A stretch of 64,000 nt of DNA, taken from positions 14,972 through 78,971 of the forward strand of contig JAHBYA010000016.1 in the NCBI GenBank assembly GCA_019636195.1, in the 5' to 3' direction. How positions within the stretch are numbered: position 1 is the first letter of the stretch; each line of letters opens with the position of its first letter. The notes under the pieces were generated by a model. That model was not told the DNA's origin. It did not search any database and saw only the letters and a program-made list of their open reading frames with translations. This stretch comes from Planctomycetota bacterium. GTDB taxonomy: Bacteria > Planctomycetota > UBA8742 > UBA2392. Below, in pieces: positions 29,322 through 39,094 of this stretch. The position numbers and the translations under genes are program-made.

Positions 29322-30695
29322 ATGAAGACCTTCGCACAAGTTCTGACACTGTCGTGTCTGCTTGGATTGATCCTTTCCGGTTGCGGCAACAGCGGCAGCA
29401 GCGGCAACTCGCTGGCTGGCACAGGCGGCGCCGGCGGCACGACTCCGCCGCCGGGCGGCAACACTCCGCCGACCATCACTTCTACGGCACCGACCAGCGG
29501 CACGGTGGGCACGGCCTACGCTTATCAAGCCACCGCCACAGACGCGCAAGGCGACCCCATTGCGTGGACGCTGCCGACCGCGCCTGCGGGCATGACGGTC
29601 AGCGCCACGGGCCTCGTGAACTGGACGCCGAGCACGGCGGGCAGCTTCAACGTAACCCTGCGCGCAAGCGACGGCCAGGCCAACGCGCAGCAGAACTGGA
29701 CAATCGTCGTGGCCAGCGCCTCCGGCGGCGGCGGCTTGCCGGCCAGCGTGACGCTGACACAGGTCGGGCAGGTTCCTAATGGCATGCTGGTGTTGAGCGA
29801 CATGCAGGAGTTCGATGGCAAGCTCTACATTGCCGCCGCGCAGGTGCCGCTGGGCAGCCCCTTCGGCGCCGGGATTTACTACTACAACGGCAGCACAGTT
29901 CAGACCGCGCACTACGACAGCGGCAGCCAGGGCTACCTGCGCACCAAGGTTTACAACAACAAACTGTATGTGCCCGATGGCGACCCCAACGGCCTGACGC
30001 CCGGCTACGTCTATGTCTTCAGCCCGGGCAGCACCACGCCGCAGCAGACCAGCGTCACCGGTGCGGTCCACAACTTCGACGTGACCGAGTTCGGCGGACA
30101 GTTGTACGTCAGCGGCAGCAACAACAGCGGCCAAAGCACGCTGCATCGCTTCAACTCCAGTACCAGCGTTTGGGACCAGGTCAGCACCGGCGCCTACGGC
30201 CGCCTGAAGTACCTGGCGACCTTCGACAACCAGATCTGGTCCAGCAAGCAGGTGCAGAGCGGCGTTGATGGCGTGTGGGTAGGCAGCAACATGACCCAGC
30301 AGGGCTTTGTCTTCGGCAGCGGCGGCGGCAACTTGATCCCGTGCCTTGAGCAGATCGACAACCGCCTCTACATGGTGGTGTGGGGCAGCAGCGGCCTCAC
30401 CAACATCATCGTAAATCCCGGCTTGACCACCACCGCGATCACGGGCGTCACCGGCATCATGTGGGACATCATCAAGCACACCGACGGCAACTACTACATG
30501 GTCAGCTGGGACGGCACCAACGACAAGATTTACGGCAGCACCGACGGCATCGCGTTTACCCAGCTTTACAGCGCGCCGGGCAGCGTCTTCGGCCAGCCGG
30601 GCAGCAACGCCGACGGGCGCCCCAGCATCGCCAGCTACAACGGCAAGGTGTATGTCGGCAGCAGCACCAACGGCCGCGTCTATCGCCTGGACTGA
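29322..30695 (+). CDS. Lipoprotein with Ig-like (He_PIG/cadherin-like) domain and beta-propeller
   Basis: Lipobox LSGC; PTITS..YAYQATATDAQGD..GMTVSATGLVNWTP; repeated FDGKLY/YNNKLY/FGGQLY/YNGKVY blades. Confidence 0.8.
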   Translation: MKTFAQVLTLSCLLGLILSGCGNSGSSGNSLAGTGGAGGTTPPPGGNTPPTITSTAPTSGTVGTAYAYQATATDAQGDPIAWTLPTAPAGMTVSATGLVNWTPSTAGSFNVTLRASDGQANAQQNWTIVVASASGGGGLPASVTLTQVGQVPNGMLVLSDMQEFDGKLYIAAAQVPLGSPFGAGIYYYNGSTVQTAHYDSGSQGYLRTKVYNNKLYVPDGDPNGLTPGYVYVFSPGSTTPQQTSVTGAVHNFDVTEFGGQLYVSGSNNSGQSTLHRFNSSTSVWDQVSTGAYGRLKYLATFDNQIWSSKQVQSGVDGVWVGSNMTQQGFVFGSGGGNLIPCLEQIDNRLYMVVWGSSGLTNIIVNPGLTTTAITGVTGIMWDIIKHTDGNYYMVSWDGTNDKIYGSTDGIAFTQLYSAPGSVFGQPGSNADGRPSIASYNGKVYVGSSTNGRVYRLD

Positions 30696-30764
30696 ACGGA
30701 AGAGGACTCTGGGCAACAGGGCCCCGTGCTGACGCACGGGGTTCTTGCTTTGCGGCGGAAGGCC

Positions 30765-31193
30765 TTACAGTTTCGCGCCGACAAACTGGATGCGCACTTC
30801 CCCCACCTTCGCGCCCTTCATGGGCTTGCCGGTGGCGGGATCGATCGGCTTGAGCAGCTTCAGCAGCGCAGGGTCAACATGCACGTCGTAAATGCGGCCG
30901 CTTTCAGTGCAAACAAAGTGCTGGTGCGGCTCAAGGGTCGCGTCAAAGCGGCGCAAGCCGTCGCTGCTGGTAAGCGAAGTGATCACGCCGGCGGCGGCAA
31001 GCTTGTCCAGGTTCTGGTAAACCGTGGCGCGGCCGATGCGCCGGCCCCGCGTGCCAAGCCGCGCCGCAAGCTCATCGGCGGTGGGATGGTCGCGTGTAGC
31101 CTCAAGCGATTCCAGAATGGCAACCCGCGCCGCCGTTGGCCGAAGCCCGGCGTCAGCGATCTTGCGTGCGGCGCTGTCATTTCGTGAAGCCAT
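30765..31193 (-). CDS. Fur family transcriptional regulator (PerR-like)
   Basis: GLRPTAARVAIL, HPTADE, RATVYQNL, RRFD, HQHFVC. Confidence 0.88.
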   Translation of the reverse strand: MASRNDSAARKIADAGLRPTAARVAILESLEATRDHPTADELAARLGTRGRRIGRATVYQNLDKLAAAGVITSLTSSDGLRRFDATLEPHQHFVCTESGRIYDVHVDPALLKLLKPIDPATGKPMKGAKVGEVRIQFVGAKL

Positions 31194-31313
31194 CACAAAC
31201 AGCATAACAGTGTGAGCCATGCACAGCCATCCCGCGAAGTCACGCCACAATTGCCTTCCCTGCCATGGCTTCCTACCGTATCAGGGCTGGGTCGATTGCT
31301 AACGGAGATGAAT

Positions 31314-32330
31314 ATGCGTGCCTTGCTATTGCCGGCTTTGATGCTGGCTTGTTTGCCCCTTGCCGCCGAGGTCAACGTTGGCGACGACGTTGCCGAGTTT
31401 TCGCCGCGCAACTGGATTAACCCACCCGCCTTCAACTCGTTTGAAGAGCTGCGTGGCGACGTCATCATGATCAAGGCCTGGGGCAAGAACTGAGGCCCGT
31501 GCATCCGGCAGTTGCCGGCGATGAACGAGTACCACGAGAAACCGGGCCTTCACATCGTCACGCTGTACGCGCAAGTCCACAAGCTGGAAGAAATCGAAGA
31601 GCTGGTAACGAAGCACGAAATCAAGTACCCCATCGCCCTGGACAGCTTCTGGGAGGCCGGCTACGAGGCGCCCGGCTTGCCCAAAATGTGGATCATCGGC
31701 GCCGACGGCAAAGTCAAATTCGCCGGCATGGCGGGCTACTCCAAAGTGCTTGAAGAAGAGCTGGCCAAGGTCAAGTACCCCGGCTTGGGCAAGGACAAGG
31801 TGCATTCGACCCTTGAGCCCGCCGCCAAGCTGTTCAGTGAAGGCAAGTACAAGCAGGCCCACGACGCTGCCGAAAAGGTGTTCGACGACACTGACGACAG
31901 CGCCGCCGAAGACGACGCCGACTACATCATGAAGCGCATCGAGGAGAAACTGCGCAATCTCAAGATGCACGCGGAAACCTTTGAGGCTGAGCGCAGGTAC
32001 GACCGCGCCATCAAGTGCTGGGAGGCCTTGCTGCCGTTCAAGGGCCTCGACGACGCCGAGGAAGCACCCGAGCGCCTGAAGAAGCTCAAGGACAGCAAAG
32101 ACGTCGCCAAAGAGATCGCGGCACGCCGCGCCCTGCTGGCGGAGATGCTGTTGCTTGACCTTGAATTCGCCAAGATCGACGCCGGCGACGAGGCACAACT
32201 CAAGAAGTTCCGTGAGACGTGCCTGGCCGCGTACAAGAAGTTCGCCGATGCCAACAAGGGCACAGCCGCCGCCGACCGCGCCAACGAGCTGATCACGATT
32301 TTCAAAGAGCTGCTCGGCATCAAAGAGTAG
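31314..32330 (+). CDS. Selenocysteine-containing TlpA/redoxin-like secreted protein (UGPC motif; UGA 31491-31493)
   Basis: ORFs 31212..31493 and 31512..32330 share a frame and are joined by WGKN*GPC; the adjacent paralog has WGINCTTS with Cys at the TGA position. Confidence 0.9.
31502..31523 (+). promoter_or_regulatory. SECIS-like hairpin
   Basis: CAT-CCGGC-AGTT-GCCGG-CG-ATG, loop starting 16 nt after the UGA, GU in loop. Confidence 0.65.
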
Positions 32331-32425
32331 GCACCCGCAATCCCGACAACCCGGCGATTCCCGCCGGGTTGTTTCATTTAAAGCCGTATGAAACTACCGT
32401 GGGCCCGGGCTATACGGAGCAAACC

Positions 32426-33463
32426 ATGACTCGACTGCTGCTGATCGCGCTGCTGTGCGCGCCGTTGTGCGCACAAGTGAAAGTGGGCGACAAAGCCCCC
32501 GACATCGCGCCGCTTAACTGGATCAACACGCCGGTCTTCCAGTCCTTCGACGAACTGGAAGGCGACGTGGTTTTCCTGAAAGCCTGGGGCATCAACTGCA
32601 CGACAAGCATGAAAGAACTGGCCGACGTCAATAAACTCGCGGAAACCCCGGGCTTGCACGTCGTCACGTTCTATGCGCAAGCCCACAAACTTGAGCAGAT
32701 CGAAGAAGTGGTAAGGGCCAACAACATCCGGTACCCGATTTCGCTGGACGAAAGGGCATGGGTCGCGGGCTATGAGTCGCCTGAACTGCCGCGCGTCTGG
32801 ATCATCGGCACAGACGGCAAGATCAAGTTCGCGGGCAGCGAAGGCTACGCGGACGTGCTGAAAACCGAGCTGGCAAAGGTCAAGTATCCGGGCCTGGGCA
32901 AGAACGACATTGCCAAAAACCTGCACCCCGCCGCCAAGCTGTTCGTTGAGGGCAAGTACAAAGAAGCCTACGCCGCCGCCGAGAATGTCTTCGACGACAC
33001 CGACGACGAAACCGAAGAAAACGACGCCGACCACATCATGAAGCGCATTGACGGCATTATGAACACCCTGTCCGTCCGCGCAGAAACCGCCGAGGCCAGC
33101 CGCAACTATGAGCTGGCAATCCGCTGCTGGACCGAGCTTGCCCGCTTCAAGGGCCTCGACACAGCCGCTGAGGCGCCGCAGCGACTGAAGAAACTGACCG
33201 ACAGCGCCGAGGTCAAGAAAGGGCTTGCCGCGCGCCGCGCGCTAACTTCGCTGATGTTGGCGCTGGACGTTGAGTTCCAGGCCATCGATGACAGCGAACC
33301 GGCCGCAGTGAAGACTTTCCGTGAGAAGTGCCTGGCTGCCTACGTTGACTTTGCCGCCAAAAACAAGGGCACTGCCGCCGCCGACCAGGCCGGCGACCTT
33401 GCCAAGGCGTTCCGGGGCCTGCTCGGCCTGCCCGAACCCGAGGAAACCAAGCCCAAGGACTAG
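32426..33463 (+). CDS. TlpA/redoxin-like secreted protein (CxxS), tandem paralog of the selenoprotein
   Basis: KVGDKAPD, WGINCTTS, LPRVWIIGTDGKIKF; colinear with the upstream gene over its full length. Confidence 0.88.
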   Translation: MTRLLLIALLCAPLCAQVKVGDKAPDIAPLNWINTPVFQSFDELEGDVVFLKAWGINCTTSMKELADVNKLAETPGLHVVTFYAQAHKLEQIEEVVRANNIRYPISLDERAWVAGYESPELPRVWIIGTDGKIKFAGSEGYADVLKTELAKVKYPGLGKNDIAKNLHPAAKLFVEGKYKEAYAAAENVFDDTDDETEENDADHIMKRIDGIMNTLSVRAETAEASRNYELAIRCWTELARFKGLDTAAEAPQRLKKLTDSAEVKKGLAARRALTSLMLALDVEFQAIDDSEPAAVKTFREKCLAAYVDFAAKNKGTAAADQAGDLAKAFRGLLGLPEPEETKPKD

Positions 33464-33608
33464 GCTGTAAAGGCCTCTGCGCAAAGAGGATGCGACACGA
33501 TCGCGAAGGGAACCAACTGCCCGCCTGCGGGGTCTCTGTAACTGTATTGGCAATGCTGCCACTAAAAGGGACCGCGAAGGCGGTTTTCTACTCATTCAGG
33601 AGAAGCGA

Positions 33609-35057
33609 ATGTTCTGGACACGTTGGCTGGTCGCGGGCGCCGCGGCCATGGCGATCGGCACACTTTCACTGGCCCAGGAAAAGCCCGGCACACGGGCCGA
33701 GGGCAAGACTGCCGAAGGAAAAACAGACGGCAAGACTGATGAAAAGAAGACCGAGGCCGGCGAAAGCGCTCCTGCCTTTGACGTGAACAAGCCCGCGCCC
33801 GGCAAGCTAACGGTGGTCAAGAAGACTGACCTCAAGCTCACCGACGAAGCGCGCAAGAAAGACGTCGAGTACGTTGCCGTCTTCCCGAAAGAAGAGGGCA
33901 AGTACCCTGTCATCCTGTACAGCATCGGCCAGGGCGCCGACGCCAAGACCACGCTGGCCACGCCGGAGTTTCTGGCAAGCCACGGCTACGTTGTGATCTC
34001 GGCTGTGCATGTTGCTCCGCAACAGGGCCGCGGATTTGACGTGGACAGCCTGTTTGACCAATGGGACGCGAACAAGGACGGCAAGCTCAGCAAGGAAGAA
34101 CTGCCGGAACAGATGCGCGAATTCTTTGACACCGTCGATACGGACAGCGACGGCTTTGTCAGCAAGGACGAGTTGCGCGCCGCCATGGGCAGCATGCCCG
34201 GCGGCGGCGGTCGCGGCGGCCAGCAGCCCCCGCGGCGCGAAGAGCGCCGCCCGCCCGAAGGCGAAGATGAATTCAGCACCGGCCACAACGGCGGCGTCAT
34301 CCTGCTGGAAGACCCGGCCCAGCCGCAACCGGAACAACCGCGCGGCGGCCAGGGTCGCGGGCAGGGCCGTCAGGGTCGGCAGCAAGGTCGCGGCGGATTC
34401 GGCAACGACCCGGGCGCCATTGTTGATCGCACCAAGGACCTGCTGCTGGTGATTGACCAGATCAGCAAGGTCGCCGAGCTGAAGGACAAGGTTGACCTCG
34501 AGAATATCGCGGTAGTCGGCCACGGCGCGGGCGCCGCCACAGCGCTGCTGCTGGCAGGTGCGACCTACGACCAGGGCGAAGAAAAGGGCAAGTCGGCGGC
34601 TGACAAGCGCATCAAGGCCGTCGTGCAGTACGGCCCCGCCCAGAGCAGCCGCTTTGGCTTCACCGATGAGTCGTTCAAGAAGATCGCTACGCCGATGCTG
34701 GCAGTCAGCGGCGCGACGCAGATGGCGATGGGCGGCCGCGGCGGCCAAGCCCCGGACCCGGAACTGCGAAAGGCCAGCTTCAAGAACGCACCCGAAGGCG
34801 GCAAGTACTTCGTAAACATTGAGGGCGCAAGTGACTTCGACCTGCCGGGCGCGGCGCAGATGCGCGCCATGGGCGGCCGCGGCGGCCAGGGCAGCGAAAC
34901 ACCGCAGCGCAACGAGACCGCGGCGCACTGGACCCACGCGGTCACACTGCAGTTCCTGAATGCAACGCTCAAGGCCGACGAAGGCGCCAAGGCCTGGCTG
35001 GCCGGCGACAGCCTTGAAAAGGGCACCGAAGGCAAGGCCAAGATCGAACGCAAGTAG
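33609..35057 (+). CDS. Secreted alpha/beta-hydrolase-fold protein with EF-hand insertion
   Basis: Signal peptide; YPVILYS, LASHGYVV, VDLENIAVVGHGAG, DKRIKA; EF hands DANKDGKLSKEE and DTDSDGFVSKDE. Confidence 0.8.
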   Translation: MFWTRWLVAGAAAMAIGTLSLAQEKPGTRAEGKTAEGKTDGKTDEKKTEAGESAPAFDVNKPAPGKLTVVKKTDLKLTDEARKKDVEYVAVFPKEEGKYPVILYSIGQGADAKTTLATPEFLASHGYVVISAVHVAPQQGRGFDVDSLFDQWDANKDGKLSKEELPEQMREFFDTVDTDSDGFVSKDELRAAMGSMPGGGGRGGQQPPRREERRPPEGEDEFSTGHNGGVILLEDPAQPQPEQPRGGQGRGQGRQGRQQGRGGFGNDPGAIVDRTKDLLLVIDQISKVAELKDKVDLENIAVVGHGAGAATALLLAGATYDQGEEKGKSAADKRIKAVVQYGPAQSSRFGFTDESFKKIATPMLAVSGATQMAMGGRGGQAPDPELRKASFKNAPEGGKYFVNIEGASDFDLPGAAQMRAMGGRGGQGSETPQRNETAAHWTHAVTLQFLNATLKADEGAKAWLAGDSLEKGTEGKAKIERK

Positions 35058-35081
35058 CGCAATACCGGCTTGAGGCAGCAT

Positions 35082-35109
35082 AAAGCCCCGGACGCAAGTC
35101 CGGGGCTTT
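35082..35109. terminator. Bidirectional terminator-like hairpin
   Basis: AAAGCCCCGGAC-GCAA-GTCCGGGGCTTT between convergent genes. Confidence 0.75.
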
Positions 35110-35128
35110 CTTGCACCTGAGGCAGTCT

Positions 35129-35163
35129 GCGGGCCCGGCACTGGTGTGCCGGGCTGTAAGCGC
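35129..35163. repeat. REP-like palindromic repeat, copy 2
   Basis: Matches 4367-4401 except for 2 loop bases. Confidence 0.75.
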
Positions 35164-35167
35164 ACAG

Positions 35168-36664
35168 CTATTCCATGTTCTCGTACATCGCGCCCAGCAT
35201 GTCGCAATACAGTATGCCGCGGTCGATGTCTTCCTTGGCCAGCAGGCTGCTCTGGTGCAGGCCTTCAAGCACAAACTCCATGGCCGCGTGCAGCTCGGGG
35301 CCTTTGACGTTCTCCATGTATTGACGGGTCAAGTCCTCGAGACCCGGCACGGAGTCCAGCGCCTTCCCGTAGTCCTTGTCGGTCATTTCGTCCGTCAGCT
35401 CAAGGCGCCTGCCCTTGGCAAACCAGTCGATCACAGGCTTGTACGGGCCTTCCTCGCGCTGGGGCACGCTTTCGCGGCCCTGCTTGCGGCCGGGGCGCTG
35501 GCGCACGGCGTACACGCCGGGAAACAGCCTCTCAAACACTTCGCGCACCGCGCCGCCGATGATGCCGGTGGCAACCTTGTGCGCGCCCTCCTGCTCGCCT
35601 TCATAGACCAGCTCAAGCTTGCCCGACATGGCGGGGATTGCCGCCGCAAGGTCAACCGTGCGCAGCCAGGTGCTGTCTTGACCTGTCAACAGGCAACGGC
35701 GCTCGGCGTTGCTGAGCACACTTTCAAGGGCTGCGATGGTCATGCGCGCGCTTACGCCGCTGGCTTGATCGACAAACTCGGATTTGCGGGCGGCAAACCC
35801 GATCTGCTCAATGGCTTCGCGCAGAAAGGGTGGCACATGAATCTTGGGTGACTTGGGCCGGTCGGTCCAGGCCTCCTGGTCTGTGATCGCGCGGCTGTCG
35901 TCAATGCTGTTGGGGTAGTGCGTGATGACCTGTGACTCGATGCGGTCTTTCAGCGGAGTGATAATGCTGCCGCGGTTGGTGTAGTCTTCGGGGTTGGCGG
36001 AAAAGCACAGCATCAGGTCAAGCGGTATACGCACAGGAAAGCCGCGAATCTGGATGTCGGCTTCCTCCAGGATGTTCAGCAGGCCCACCTGGATGCGCGG
36101 TTGCAGGTCCGGCAGCTCGTTGATCGCGAAAATGCCGCGGTTGGTGCGCGGGATGATTCCGAAGTGGATGACCTCTTCGTCGGCGAACGTCAGCCTTTGC
36201 GTTGCCGCCTTGATGGGGTCCACGTCGCCGATCAAGTCCGCGATGCTCACGTCGGGCGTGGCCAGCTTTTCGGCGTAGCGCTGCTCACGGTGCAGCCATT
36301 CTATCTCGACGTCGTCGCCGTGCTGCGCGACCAGCATGCGCGCGCGCTTACTAAGCGGCTTGTACGGGTCGTCGTTGATTTCGCTGCCCTTGATGACGGG
36401 CATGTGCTCGTCAAGCAGGTTGACCAGTGCACGCAAAATACGCGTCTTGGCTTGCCCGCGCAGTCCCAGCAAAATCAGGTTGTGCCGGGCCAGGATCGCG
36501 TTCACGACCTGCGGGATCACGGTCTGATCGTAGCCGACAATGCCGGGAAACAACTTCTCGCGCCGCGCCATCGCGGCCAGCAGGTTTTCACGCAGTTCGT
36601 CTTTGACGCCGCGCGACTTCCAGCCTGAAGCCTTCAGCGCGCCTATGCTTTTCGGTAGCGACAT
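35168..36664 (-). CDS. Mg-chelatase-related AAA+ ATPase
   Basis: GLRGQAKTR, EKLATPD, NRGIFAINELPDL, ANPEDYTNRG, SGVSAR. Confidence 0.85.
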   Translation of the reverse strand: MSLPKSIGALKASGWKSRGVKDELRENLLAAMARREKLFPGIVGYDQTVIPQVVNAILARHNLILLGLRGQAKTRILRALVNLLDEHMPVIKGSEINDDPYKPLSKRARMLVAQHGDDVEIEWLHREQRYAEKLATPDVSIADLIGDVDPIKAATQRLTFADEEVIHFGIIPRTNRGIFAINELPDLQPRIQVGLLNILEEADIQIRGFPVRIPLDLMLCFSANPEDYTNRGSIITPLKDRIESQVITHYPNSIDDSRAITDQEAWTDRPKSPKIHVPPFLREAIEQIGFAARKSEFVDQASGVSARMTIAALESVLSNAERRCLLTGQDSTWLRTVDLAAAIPAMSGKLELVYEGEQEGAHKVATGIIGGAVREVFERLFPGVYAVRQRPGRKQGRESVPQREEGPYKPVIDWFAKGRRLELTDEMTDKDYGKALDSVPGLEDLTRQYMENVKGPELHAAMEFVLEGLHQSSLLAKEDIDRGILYCDMLGAMYENME

Positions 36665-36721
36665 GGCGCGATCATAACAAGCCGGCTGGGCGTTTGACCC
36701 AGCCGGCCTGTGACCCGGGTA

Positions 36722-37207
36722 CTACTTGCAGCCCTGGCAGCCCCAGCAGGTGCCGGCGCCTTTACAGCCTTCGCAGCCTTCGCAGTACTTTGCGCCCTTG
36801 CAGCCTTCGCAGTCTTCGCAGTAGTCGCAGCCGGCGCAGCCCTCGCACTCTTCGCAGTAGTCGCAACCCTTGCAGCCGATGCAGATCTTGACCACGGTGC
36901 CGTCGGCAAGCTTTTCTTCTTCGACGCGCTCGCAGCCCTTGCATCCCACGCAGTTCTTGCAGCGCTTAGAGCCCTTACAGCCGACACACTTCTTGCACTT
37001 GTCGCAGCCCTTGCAGCCGACGCACTTGGCACACTTGTCGCAGCCCTTGCAGTCGATACATCGCTCGCACTTGTCGCAGCCCTTGCAGTCCTCGCACTTC
37101 TCGACTTTGTCGGGGGCCTTTTCCTGGGCCGTGATCGCCGACGGCGCGCCCAGCCCCATGCCGCCAACCAGGAACGCAAACAGCACCAACAGAATCATGG
37201 CTTTCAT
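36722..37207 (-). CDS. Secreted Cys-X-X repeat protein
   Basis: Signal peptide, about 34 Cys almost all spaced CxxC; GAGGAG RBS. Confidence 0.8.
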   Translation of the reverse strand: MKAMILLVLFAFLVGGMGLGAPSAITAQEKAPDKVEKCEDCKGCDKCERCIDCKGCDKCAKCVGCKGCDKCKKCVGCKGSKRCKNCVGCKGCERVEEEKLADGTVVKICIGCKGCDYCEECEGCAGCDYCEDCEGCKGAKYCEGCEGCKGAGTCWGCQGCK

Positions 37208-37334
37208 GGCAGGTCTCCTCGCATTGATTGCCGCACCGGCAACAACGCGAGTTTACCTGCCGGCCCTTGGGTACAGACAATAGATAATCAGACTTTGTTA
37301 TCTTGTTATTGGACCGTGACTGGACTATGACTGT

Positions 37335-38294
37335 TCAGGCCCGCTTGACGTGCAGCAGCCACTCAAGGTCGGCCTCGTCGCTGGTTTCCCACTCGCCGCT
37401 GATCACGCGCCAGTTGTGGCCGGCGCGCACCAACAGCTTGTGAACCTCGATTTCGCGGCGATCGAGAACCGTCCGGTTGAGCTTGCGCAACAGCCACGCA
37501 AGTCCCGCACCCAAGGCTACTGCTGATGCCACGGCGCCCCAGAACGGCACGCCGAGCGCCGCCAGTCGCTGCGGCCCGGCAATGAATGGCGCCGCCGCTA
37601 CCATTGTGCCGGCAAGGACGGCAACAAACGCCGGCACCCGTCGCACCACGCTGGTTTCAAAGCGCACGCGGCCCAAACCCACGTCGGGCATCGGGCTTTC
37701 GGCGACAAGCTCAATGATCCGGGCGCGATGCACCACCGCGCCGTTGCCGCGCAGCAACGCCCGCCAGTAGCGCGCGACGGCCTTAGCTGAGTCCAACTTG
37801 GGGATTGCAGCCGCGGTCATCCAGTTCAGCACCGGCTTGGGCGGCGGGCCCGGCGTATCAAAACCGCGCAGCAGGCCTGCCAGCCGCCGCGCCCGCGGCC
37901 GGCGCTGCATGGCCGCGCGGTAAAACTCGCGCATGGCGGCCTCCGGTGTGTCGGGCGCGCTGTTGTCCCACTGGTTCATCACACGCCACAAACCCCGCGC
38001 AAAAACAGCCGCTACAACCAGCGCAAACACGGTTGCGCCCGCCGGGTCGATCCACTGCCGCCAGTCGCCGGTGTCGGCTGGCCATGCAGGGGGCAGCATG
38101 GCCAAGACAGCCGCACCGGCGAATGGCAACAACGAAATGGGCGCCAGGCCCAACAGAATGCGATGGTCGCGGCCTGTGCGTTTGAGCGTCAGGTCAGGCG
38201 CCAGGGCGGCCTGCAGCCGAGCTTTGGCGTCGCGGTGCGGGTCAACCGCAGTCCGACGGGGCGAACGTTGTGGTGGGTTCAGGATGAGCGTCAT
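37335..38294 (-). CDS. Hypothetical membrane protein, paralog of 55392..56186
   Basis: TM pairs; TPEAAMREFY and KLLVRAGHNWRVISGEW...DLEWL. Confidence 0.7.
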   Translation of the reverse strand: MTLILNPPQRSPRRTAVDPHRDAKARLQAALAPDLTLKRTGRDHRILLGLAPISLLPFAGAAVLAMLPPAWPADTGDWRQWIDPAGATVFALVVAAVFARGLWRVMNQWDNSAPDTPEAAMREFYRAAMQRRPRARRLAGLLRGFDTPGPPPKPVLNWMTAAAIPKLDSAKAVARYWRALLRGNGAVVHRARIIELVAESPMPDVGLGRVRFETSVVRRVPAFVAVLAGTMVAAAPFIAGPQRLAALGVPFWGAVASAVALGAGLAWLLRKLNRTVLDRREIEVHKLLVRAGHNWRVISGEWETSDEADLEWLLHVKRA

Positions 38295-38384
38295 ACTCAA
38301 ACGCTATCACCCCGATCGGCTGGAAAGCGGCCAGCAGTACAGATTTCAGCAGATTTTATTGCCCCGATCGCACCCGGTTAATGT

Positions 38385-38412
38385 AAAGCGCCCGGCAGAT
38401 GCCGGGCGCCTT
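38385..38412 (-). terminator. Terminator-like hairpin after the Cys-rich gene
   Basis: GCGCCCGGCA/TGCCGGGCGC inverted repeat with TTT on the minus strand. Confidence 0.55.
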
Positions 38413-38428
38413 CTGCAGGTCGCAAAGA

Positions 38429-38944
38429 CTAGTTCTTGACGGCCTTGTCGTCCTTCTTGGCGCTGCCGCAGCCGCCGCAATCCTTGCCGGACTTGTCAGC
38501 CTTGGCTGTACCGCAACCGCTCCCACAGCCGCTGCCGCAACCGTCGCAGCCGCTTCCGCATCCGCCACAGCCGCATCCTGCGGTGTCCGCGGTCACGACC
38601 TGTGCCGCGCTGGCGCGCTTCATAGTTCCCTTACTTTTGCCGTTGGTATCAGCCGCCGTGGTCTGCGCAGCCGAGCCCTTCTTGCAGCAGCCCTTGCCTT
38701 CACAGCAACCCGGCGGGCACACGCCGCCCGGGCAGCAGGAGCTGTCGGCGGCTTTGTCGGTCTTCACGTTGGCCGTGGCCTTTTCAGCCTTCGCAGTTTC
38801 AGCCTTCTTTTCGGCTTCCTTCTTCTCAGCTTCCTTCTTCACAGCCGCTTCCTTGGCGGCGGCTTCGCAGGCGGGGCAAGCCATCAGGTTGCCGCCCATA
38901 CAAAGCAGAAGGGCAGTCAGCGTGGTCAGCAGCAATGTTTTCAT
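38429..38944 (-). CDS. Secreted Cys/Gly/Lys-rich protein, metallothionein-like clusters
   Basis: Signal peptide, CPAC, CC..C..CC..CC cluster, GCGCGGCGSGCDGCGSGCGSGC; GAGG RBS. Confidence 0.75.
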   Translation of the reverse strand: MKTLLLTTLTALLLCMGGNLMACPACEAAAKEAAVKKEAEKKEAEKKAETAKAEKATANVKTDKAADSSCCPGGVCPPGCCEGKGCCKKGSAAQTTAADTNGKSKGTMKRASAAQVVTADTAGCGCGGCGSGCDGCGSGCGSGCGTAKADKSGKDCGGCGSAKKDDKAVKN

Positions 38945-39094
38945 GGTTGATCCTCGGGTCGATCATGCAAGTCTAGTCATGAGTGGCCCTTGGGCCAATA
39001 GGTTTACACTGCTTTTTTCGGCCCTGAGGCTCGTGCTTGCAGCACTGGCCCATTGCGCTAAACTCCGGCCTGTCACCCATTTGTGAGGCTTTTC

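Noticed and set aside
31212-31493. Separate 93-aa ORF or pseudogene
   Set aside because: It is the N-terminal part of the UGPC selenoprotein, as shown by the intact paralog and the SECIS-like hairpin.
36960-37100. 36-nt tandem DNA repeats as a CRISPR array
   Set aside because: They are codon-level repeats of the CxxC protein with no unique spacers and no cas genes.
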